From assembly GCA_964592855.1 (NCBI GenBank), contig CAZQKI010000004.1, positions 1 to 57,934 of the forward strand: DNA of 57,934 nt, written 5' to 3'. Position 1 is the first letter of the stretch. Each line of letters opens with the position of its first letter. This DNA comes from an uncultured Lentisphaerales bacterium (GTDB lineage: Bacteria > Verrucomicrobiota > Kiritimatiellia > RFP12 > JAAYLN01). Below the pieces are notes generated by a model. It made no database searches. It was not told where the DNA came from and saw nothing but the letters and a program-made list of their open reading frames with translations. Position numbers and translations under genes: made by a program. Positions 45,216 through 52,725 of the stretch are shown piece after piece.

Positions 45216-46511
45216 ATGGACACATACAGCAGTTTGCTTGAACAGGTTCAATCGCTAAAAATAATCGATACCCACGAGCATCTGCCGTTCGAGTCAGAGC
45301 GTCCGAAAGAGACTGATGTTCTTGAGGAATGGTTGATTCACTATTTTTCGTGCGATCTGGTTTCCGCCGGCCTGAGTGACAAGGATCTCGCAACCGTTCG
45401 GGATAACCGCCAAGACATCAAGTTCCGATGGAAGCTCGTCGAGCCCTATTGGCATGCGGCGGAGTCTACAGGCTACGGACGGTCTCTGTCCCTTGCCGCC
45501 AGAGATCTTTACGGCATCGACACGATCAATGGTCAAACGATAGAACAACTGGACCATCGGTTCAAGGAAGCCCGCACCCGTGGTGGGCATTACCGGTTTG
45601 TGTTGCGAGAAAGATCGGGTATCTCCCTGTCGATCCGGGATTCAATGCCCATGCCGTATCAAGAGACCGAGGATCCGTTTGTGTTCACCATGAGGACAGA
45701 CGGGTTCATCTGCCCGACTCACTACAGCCACATACGCTCCACCGGGTCGGAGGTGGGACTTGAGGTACATACCCTTGCCGACTGGATGGAAGTTACGCGC
45801 CGACACATTGTGAGGCGCTTGAATGGGAAAACAAGGGTCGTTTGCCTGAAATGCGGTCTGGCGTATGAACGAAGTCTTCGTTTCGATAAAGTCACCCATG
45901 CAGATGCTGATCGCGCCTTCAATGAACTGTTCACCGACTCCAATCTCCCGGACTGGCGGCGGCCCATTAAAGTGGCGAAGGCGCTCTCAGACTGGATGAT
46001 GCATTTTGTGTGTCGCGTGGCTGATGACAACAAACTCGTTTATCAGATACATACGGGTCTCCACGAAGGCAATGGCAACGTGATCTATGACTCCAATCCG
46101 ACACTCTTGACGAACCTTTTCCTGGAATACCGCAATGCTCGGTTTGACATTTTCCACATGGGCTATCCTTATGTAATGGAACTTGGCAACCTGGCCAAGA
46201 ATTTCCGGAATGTCTTCATCGATATGTGTTGGGGGCACATTATCAGTCCGGAAGCGGCTCGGCGCGCACTTGTAGAGTGGCTGGATGCGGTGCCCGCCAA
46301 CAAGATCAGCGCATTCGGAGGGGATTACTGCTTTGTTGATGGTGTCTATGGTCATCAGTTCCTTGCCCGCCAAAATGTCGCGGCGGCACTCACGCAGAAG
46401 GTGACAGACGGTTCGCTCAGTCTGGCGCGTGCAAAGGAAGTGGCGACATGGCTGTTTGTTGACAATCCGAAACGATTATTCGGGCTTGATCGCTTTCTGG
46501 ATAAGGAATAG
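45216..46511 (+). CDS. Amidohydrolase-superfamily metal-dependent hydrolase
   Basis: The N-terminal KIIDTHEHLP is an HxH metal-binding motif. The 431-aa body is of TIM-barrel size and carries a late FGGDY motif. It lies in a carbohydrate-esterase neighbourhood. Confidence 0.65.
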   Translation: MDTYSSLLEQVQSLKIIDTHEHLPFESERPKETDVLEEWLIHYFSCDLVSAGLSDKDLATVRDNRQDIKFRWKLVEPYWHAAESTGYGRSLSLAARDLYGIDTINGQTIEQLDHRFKEARTRGGHYRFVLRERSGISLSIRDSMPMPYQETEDPFVFTMRTDGFICPTHYSHIRSTGSEVGLEVHTLADWMEVTRRHIVRRLNGKTRVVCLKCGLAYERSLRFDKVTHADADRAFNELFTDSNLPDWRRPIKVAKALSDWMMHFVCRVADDNKLVYQIHTGLHEGNGNVIYDSNPTLLTNLFLEYRNARFDIFHMGYPYVMELGNLAKNFRNVFIDMCWGHIISPEAARRALVEWLDAVPANKISAFGGDYCFVDGVYGHQFLARQNVAAALTQKVTDGSLSLARAKEVATWLFVDNPKRLFGLDRFLDKE

Positions 46512-46635
46512 GGCCGGCGATCAACGCATTCAGGATACGTCAGCCCCATCCCGGGGCAAGGCCTGGTGATCGGTCCCCCGCAGCTCAGACCTGGACTCAG
46601 GCCGGGACAGCCCGGGCCTACTCAGGGGTGGGACG

Positions 46636-49419
46636 ATGCGGGAACGTGCCGCGGCAGCGCGGGAGGAGACACTGGTGAAGACGAACTGGAAGCTGAGATT
46701 CGTGTGGCTGACAGCGCTGGTCGTGCTCGGTGGCCGGGTAGTGGCCCAAGCGCCCGCCGCCACGCCCCCGCCGGTCTATCTCTGGTTCGAGCCCGAGTGG
46801 TTCGCGGGGGTCGCGGGGCGGTTCGGGTACTGGTCGGGCCCGGCGGCGTACAAGGCAACGGGACACTGGGGGTTGGCGGGTCCCGGGATCAGCGCTGAGT
46901 GGACGCAGGGCGGCGAGAGCGAGTGGAACTCAGTCGGGGCGGCGCCCCAGGAGACCAAGGCGGAGTGTCGCCGCGACTTCACCGTTCCGCGGGCGGGTCG
47001 GCACAAGGTCTGGGTCCGGTACTATGACCATCGCAATCAGACCGAGCCGTTCCGGGTCGTGGTCCAGCAGGGCGGCCGCGACAAGATCAACGGCGAGCTG
47101 GGCATCCGCGCCGCGGTCTCGCCGAACGACGAGTACCAGTTGTACTGGGGGTTCAGCTTCGCCTGGGCCGGCGTCGAGGGCACGTTGGAGGCCGGCCCGG
47201 GGCAGTTGCGGCTGGTGATCGACAAGGCCGGGGAGAATTTCCGGCAGGTCGACGCGGTGCTGGTGACTGATGACCTGGAGTACGTGCCGGTCGGGCGCGA
47301 GAAACCGCCGTTCCTGTACCTGCAGGCGATTGACGAAGCGCCGGCGGGCGCCGCGGCCTGGCGCGGGTCGGCCAAAGGACTGAAGATAGGCGGCTCGTGG
47401 AACCGGCCGAAGATGGCGGGCCGCGATTTTGTGATGTGGGTGAACCTGGGCAGTGACAAGAGCTGGTGGGCGTCCCAGAACGTGGACGCCGTGAAACTGA
47501 ACGACGTGCTGTTCCAGTTCGGGCCGCCGCGCGACATCCGCGAGACATTCCACAAAGACTTTGCCGGGGCGAAGGCCTTGCCCGTGCTCCACTGGCCGGG
47601 GTACGTGCCCGGGTTCTATCTCGGCGAGATGCCGGACCTGTCGGCGGACACGCCGTTGTACCAGTGGCTGGCGAAATCGAAGTCGCCGTTCTTTCTGTTG
47701 ACGAATTATGCCAACCCGCCCTACAACGCGACCAACGGGCCGGCGACGTACGCGGCACTGAGCGGCCCGCTGGCGGGGCAGTTCCTGGGCTGGATCCACG
47801 GCGAAGCGATCGGCACGATGCAGGTGAGCATGCCGACCCAGGCGCTGGGCAAGACCCGGCGCGAACACGTCGACGCCTGGGGCCGTGAGCTGCTGAAGGC
47901 ACAGGCGGCGGACTGGACCCGGATGTTCAAGACGACCGTGCCGGAGTCGTTCCGGGCGACGAGCATCGCCTGTCTGAGCTGTGACAGCATTGCGCTGGCG
48001 CACCAGTTCTCTGAGATGGGGGCGCGGACGGTGGCCTACGAGCTGGACGCGACCAACCTCCACGCGCCCATGCGGATCGCGTTCATGCGGGGCGCCGCCC
48101 GCCAGTACGGGTGCGCGTGGCTGAACTACGCCAGCGGCAATTTCGGCGACGCCTGCAACTATTTCTACCAGAATCCGGTTGTGCCCCGCGGCGCGCCGAG
48201 CTGGTGGCACAGCAAGTACGCCGTGACCGACGGGGTGGGCGCCACCTGGTACCGCAAGCTCTACTACCTGAACTATCTCGGGGGCGCGTCGGCGATCTAC
48301 TGGGAACAGGGGCTCGGCAACCAGTGGATCAAGCCGGGGCCCGGCACGCATCCGATCCAGCTCTCGCCGTTCGGCCGGGGCACAGAGGAGTTCCAGGCAT
48401 TTGTGGACCGGCTGCCCGACCGCGGCGAGCCGTACACGCCGGTGGCGGTGCTGCTGAGCTACGGGCACGGCTACGATCGGGTGAACTACCACGGCAAGAT
48501 GCTGGAGCATTTCGCCGAGGACGTGAACGACCTCGAACTGCGCGAGCTGTTCAACCTGCTCTGGTATCCAGTCGGCGTCACCGAGGGGCTGCCGCACACC
48601 CCGGATGTGAGCATGCCCAGCGGCCGGTACGGCAACATCTTCGACTTGCTCGTCGACCGCCCCGCCCGCGCCAGGGCGATCCTCGATTATCCCGTCGTCT
48701 GGGCCGCGGGCGACGTCGATCTCGGCCCGATCAAAGACACGGTGCGCGACTATGTCCGCAAAGGCGGCACGCTGGTCGTCAATATCGCCGCAGCACCGGG
48801 CCTGCCCGCCGAGCTGCTCGGGCTGGAACGCATCGGCCCGGCCGCCGGCGCCGACCACCGCGCCGAGCAATGGACGCCGGCGGGCGGCGAACCCCGGCCG
48901 TGCACGCCGTACGAAGCGGCGGCCGTCAAGCTGGCCGGCGCCGAGGTACTGGCCTGGGCGGGAACGGACGTGCCGCTGATCACGCGGCACAAGGTGGGCG
49001 AAGGCGCCGTCATCGTGACATTGATGCCGCACTTAATGGGCCAGGACGAACGGGCCCACCCGAGCCTGGCGTGGCTGCTCGACGGCCTGACGTCCGATCT
49101 GTTGCCCGTCGACGTGCGGCTGGCTGATGGCTCGCGGCCCGCGGGCGAGATCATGTACCAGGTGAACAAGACCAAGGACGGCTGGCTGGTAGCGCTGGTC
49201 AACAATCGCGGAGTCGACAAGACCCAGCACGGCGTCGCCCGCGTGGACCGTCGCCAGGCGGCCGACGTGGTCGTCCGCACCAAACTGGCGGTGCGCACTG
49301 CCAGGGAGTTCACCCAGCCGCGCGAACTCACGGTGAGGAAGGACCAGGACGGCTGGCAGACCGTGCCCGTTCGGATCGAGGCGGGAGACGTGCAGGTGAT
49401 CGGGGTGGGGGTGAGATGA
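46636..49419 (+). CDS. 927-aa secreted protein of unknown function; putative glycan-active enzyme with a GH42-trimerisation/GATase-like C-terminal-region domain
   Basis: It has a signal peptide (WKLRFVWLTALVVLGGRVVAQAPA). ILDYPVVWAAGDVDLGPIKDTVRDYVRKGGTLVVNI resembles the class-I-GATase-like domain of GH42-type enzymes. The composition is coding-like throughout. The function is tentative. Confidence 0.4.
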   Translation: MRERAAAAREETLVKTNWKLRFVWLTALVVLGGRVVAQAPAATPPPVYLWFEPEWFAGVAGRFGYWSGPAAYKATGHWGLAGPGISAEWTQGGESEWNSVGAAPQETKAECRRDFTVPRAGRHKVWVRYYDHRNQTEPFRVVVQQGGRDKINGELGIRAAVSPNDEYQLYWGFSFAWAGVEGTLEAGPGQLRLVIDKAGENFRQVDAVLVTDDLEYVPVGREKPPFLYLQAIDEAPAGAAAWRGSAKGLKIGGSWNRPKMAGRDFVMWVNLGSDKSWWASQNVDAVKLNDVLFQFGPPRDIRETFHKDFAGAKALPVLHWPGYVPGFYLGEMPDLSADTPLYQWLAKSKSPFFLLTNYANPPYNATNGPATYAALSGPLAGQFLGWIHGEAIGTMQVSMPTQALGKTRREHVDAWGRELLKAQAADWTRMFKTTVPESFRATSIACLSCDSIALAHQFSEMGARTVAYELDATNLHAPMRIAFMRGAARQYGCAWLNYASGNFGDACNYFYQNPVVPRGAPSWWHSKYAVTDGVGATWYRKLYYLNYLGGASAIYWEQGLGNQWIKPGPGTHPIQLSPFGRGTEEFQAFVDRLPDRGEPYTPVAVLLSYGHGYDRVNYHGKMLEHFAEDVNDLELRELFNLLWYPVGVTEGLPHTPDVSMPSGRYGNIFDLLVDRPARARAILDYPVVWAAGDVDLGPIKDTVRDYVRKGGTLVVNIAAAPGLPAELLGLERIGPAAGADHRAEQWTPAGGEPRPCTPYEAAAVKLAGAEVLAWAGTDVPLITRHKVGEGAVIVTLMPHLMGQDERAHPSLAWLLDGLTSDLLPVDVRLADGSRPAGEIMYQVNKTKDGWLVALVNNRGVDKTQHGVARVDRRQAADVVVRTKLAVRTAREFTQPRELTVRKDQDGWQTVPVRIEAGDVQVIGVGVR

Positions 49420-49591
49420 GGTTGCAGGTGCCGGGTTCCGGGCAACTGGACCTGTGGTTCAGACAGTGGGGAGGACCGCGCTAGAATCGCGTAGGACGGT
49501 CGATTGCTGACCGTCCGCTATCCTGCAACCAGGTATTTGCCTCCGCCCTCTCTTTTGGGTTTGCATTCTGTATCGAGTCAGGATTACTCCG

Positions 49592-52375
49592 ATGAACTTA
49601 TTCAAATGGTTGCCGCTCGTGGTCCTGGGTCTGCTGCCCACGGCCTGCTCGGCGCAGGTGCCCGTGCCCCAGCCGACACCGGTTGATATTTCGCAGAACC
49701 CGCAAATCCAGGCGTGGCTGCGGCGCAATAATCCGGCTGAGTTTACCGGCAAGACGTGGGCACGCTTCCGCATCACCGAGCCGGCCAACTTGGCCTATAG
49801 CGTCATCATTGATAACGAGACAAATCCCTATAAGCCGCTGCGTCGTCCCACGGGCACCGTGTGGGCCGGCGGCCTGCAGCCGGTGACCTGGCCTGAAGGC
49901 GAGGCGTGGGGCAAGCCGTTGCCGTGGGTGGCGCCGGCGACCAATGCCGACTGGCTGCGCGCCGGGCAGTGGTCGGTGTGGGTCGAGCTGCCCGTTTCCA
50001 AATCGGCACAGTGGCACACGGCGTTTGTGGTGCGCCCGCAAGTCGTTCCCCTGCCCGCCAATCTGTATTTGAATCTCGAACTCGCCACGCAGCCGGCGGC
50101 CTCGGGTGTCTTCTACACCGTCCGCGAACCCATAGACTCCCGGGGCACGGTGGCGGTGCGCATGCCGATACAGGGCGGGCTGGCCGGCTTGAAGATGGTG
50201 GAAAGCTTCACCGACTGGGCGCGCCGTCGTCGCCAACTCGCCGTCTCGCTGAACCTTCCGCCCGCCCCGCGCGCTACGCACTTGCGCTTCGGAACCTGGG
50301 CCAGCCACTCCACCTATCGCGCACCGACCACGGGCGGCTCGTCCTCGCGTGAGCAGGCCGAACCCGACTTCCAGACATTCGCGGACCTGGGTCTCAACAG
50401 CGTAACGCCAATTGGGCTGGACCAGCAGCTCTTTAGCGAACTGGCGCGTAAGTATGGCATGGTTGATACCAGTCTGGTTGGCTGGACCTCAATGTGGCGC
50501 TATACGAGCGAAGGCTATGACAAGCAGTACGAGTATCGGCTGGACGAAACGCCGCCGCAGCGCTGGGAGCGGGTCTTTGAAGATTATTATCAGAAGATGG
50601 CGGCGCGCCTGAAAGTGCAGCAACCCTATTCGCTGCAGATAGCCGATCACTTCAACCTGGGCGACGAAATCATGCCGGTCACGCAGGAAAAAGCGATCCG
50701 CGAAACGCCGCAACTGCTGGCCTATTTCCGCTCATGGCTGCAAAGCCGGAAGCCGGGCGACCCGACCTGGACGCCACAGTTTTTCGGGGCCACTCGCTGG
50801 GACCAGATCGAGCCGTTGCAGGATCGCTCCGTTGTAGACGCTCCGGGCGTCGCCGTCACCACGCTGCGCCGTTACTACTGGACGTGGCGCTTCAGCAACG
50901 ACTACGACATTATGCACTACAAAACCGCGACCAGCAAAGTGGAGAAGTATTTTCCCAACGTCAAGATGATTGCCGTCAACTATCAGGCCGGGCCGATTCA
51001 GAACGGCTTCATGGGCAACAACAACCGCATGACGACCGGCAATATAGATATTCTTGAAATGGGGCGCCAGGCCGCGATGACAGGCGTGATGCTGGAAGAC
51101 TGGGTCGCCAGCACCGATCTGGGCGCCGGCTTCACCGCGTTTGGCACCGACGTAATGCGGGCCGCGGCACGCAAATACAACCTGCCGCTGTCGGCCTATG
51201 TCGTGGGCAGCGTGCCGCGCCCGCGCTTCTATTCGTGGATGATGCAGGGCGTCAAGGAATTCGGCTTCTACCTGTATGGCCCGATCAGCAACATCGGCGA
51301 GGCCTGGGCCGAGCACGCTCCAACACTTCGCCAGATTACGCAGCTCACAACCGAAGCGCAGAAGTTCGAGGAAGAAATATTGCAGGCGCGCCTGCGCCCG
51401 ACGCGCGTCGCGATGCTGATCGCCAACACCTCCGATATCATGCAGCGCCACGGCATGTATTTCAGCTCCGAGCGCCAGCAGCTCTACCTGGCATTGCGTC
51501 ACAGCGGCGTGCCGGTTGACCTCGTCAGCGAACAGGACATTCTCCACGACGGCATTCTCAAGAACTACGGGCTGCTTTATGTCAGCGACCCGCAGGTGCG
51601 CAGCGATGTACAGCGCGCCATCGTTTCCTGGGTGCAAGGCGGCGGGCGCCTGTGGGCTCAAGTTGGGGCGATGTCACTCGATGAATACTCGCAGCCAAGC
51701 TCGATCATGAACCCCGTCTTCGGCGTCAGCCAGAACAATACGGTGCTTCAGCCCGGAGGCTTCCGCTGGGCGTCCACTTTCTTCAACGCGCGCATCGGCA
51801 AGTTCAATTTCACGCGCCAGGGCACCATCCGCGTTTCGCCCACCAGCATCACGACTCAAAGCGAGATTCCGGTGTGGGGCATGCGCATGGACGTGACGCC
51901 AACCAGCGGGCGTGTCATCGGCCGTTACGACGACGGCAAACCGGCGATCATTGTCAACAGCTTTGTCCACGGCACTGCGGTGCTCGTCGGCGCCCTGACT
52001 GGCGAAGCCTATGTGCGCGAACGGTATACGCTGGATTATCCGGTCAAAGATCAGGGCGTGACGAACGGCACCCCGGCCTGCACCCTGGCGACGGCGCTGC
52101 TGACCCACGCCGGCATAACACGGCCAGTGGAACTCTCAGTGCCGGGCATCCTGACCTCGGTTATGGACGCGCCCGGCGCTTCACTGGTGTTCCTCAACAA
52201 AGCTCACGAAGCGCCGGTCGGCACCATCACCGTGCGTTTGCAACAGACTGGCCGTGTCAGCCAGGTAAAATCCGCGAAACTTGGCCGCCTGCCGCATCAA
52301 CTCAATGCCGGCGTACTCACGGTACAGGTGCCGCTGGAAGATTCGGATATTCTGCGCGTCACTCATGGGCCATGA
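49592..52375 (+). CDS. 927-aa secreted protein of unknown function; putative glycan-active enzyme with a GH42-trimerisation/GATase-like domain
   Basis: It has a signal peptide (MNLFKWLPLVVLGLLPTACSAQ). NYGLLYVSDPQVRSDVQRAIVSWVQGGGRLWAQVGA resembles the GH42 middle domain. The central region is TIM-barrel-like (VNYQAGP...MLEDW). The function is tentative. Confidence 0.4.
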   Translation: MNLFKWLPLVVLGLLPTACSAQVPVPQPTPVDISQNPQIQAWLRRNNPAEFTGKTWARFRITEPANLAYSVIIDNETNPYKPLRRPTGTVWAGGLQPVTWPEGEAWGKPLPWVAPATNADWLRAGQWSVWVELPVSKSAQWHTAFVVRPQVVPLPANLYLNLELATQPAASGVFYTVREPIDSRGTVAVRMPIQGGLAGLKMVESFTDWARRRRQLAVSLNLPPAPRATHLRFGTWASHSTYRAPTTGGSSSREQAEPDFQTFADLGLNSVTPIGLDQQLFSELARKYGMVDTSLVGWTSMWRYTSEGYDKQYEYRLDETPPQRWERVFEDYYQKMAARLKVQQPYSLQIADHFNLGDEIMPVTQEKAIRETPQLLAYFRSWLQSRKPGDPTWTPQFFGATRWDQIEPLQDRSVVDAPGVAVTTLRRYYWTWRFSNDYDIMHYKTATSKVEKYFPNVKMIAVNYQAGPIQNGFMGNNNRMTTGNIDILEMGRQAAMTGVMLEDWVASTDLGAGFTAFGTDVMRAAARKYNLPLSAYVVGSVPRPRFYSWMMQGVKEFGFYLYGPISNIGEAWAEHAPTLRQITQLTTEAQKFEEEILQARLRPTRVAMLIANTSDIMQRHGMYFSSERQQLYLALRHSGVPVDLVSEQDILHDGILKNYGLLYVSDPQVRSDVQRAIVSWVQGGGRLWAQVGAMSLDEYSQPSSIMNPVFGVSQNNTVLQPGGFRWASTFFNARIGKFNFTRQGTIRVSPTSITTQSEIPVWGMRMDVTPTSGRVIGRYDDGKPAIIVNSFVHGTAVLVGALTGEAYVRERYTLDYPVKDQGVTNGTPACTLATALLTHAGITRPVELSVPGILTSVMDAPGASLVFLNKAHEAPVGTITVRLQQTGRVSQVKSAKLGRLPHQLNAGVLTVQVPLEDSDILRVTHGP

Positions 52376-52538
52376 CGGTCATCGGACACAGATCGCGTGG
52401 ACGGTGGAGCGTGGACGGCGTTCGCTGACATCAAACCCTATTTTTAAATAATCGGCTTCATTCGCGAATCGCCCGCCAACGCTCCCGCCTCTTCAGCCTC
52501 TCCCTGATCAACAAGATTGAATCACACCCTCGTCATCA

Positions 52539-52570
52539 TGCATTTGCATCTTCATCTGCATTTGCATCTT
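52539..52570 (+). promoter_or_regulatory. Direct repeat TGCATTTGCATCTT x2 (18-bp offset) upstream of the beta-helix protein gene
   Basis: The same 14-mer occurs at 52539-52552 and 52557-52570. It lies inside an AT-richer non-coding stretch about 155 nt upstream of the ATG at 52726. It is a possible operator, and that reading is speculative. Confidence 0.3.
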
Positions 52571-52725
52571 GCACATCATCTTGGGTCATTGCTATCATTG
52601 AACTTTAGTGCATCTTCATACAGCTTTGAGGCTGTCAAACCCGTCACGATGCGGAGCAGCAAATGGATCATTGTGCACCGGGAGCGCTTGAATGCTGAAG
52701 TCATGAACAAGAGTGGGGTGGTGCG

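Noticed and set aside
46566-46898. Short GC-rich ORFs overlapping the 5' end of the 46636 gene (46566-46898 +, 46618-46866 -, 46622-46858 -).
   Set aside because: They are alternative frames of the same region with Arg/Pro/Gly-rich composition. The 46636 frame has a clear signal peptide and continues for 927 aa.
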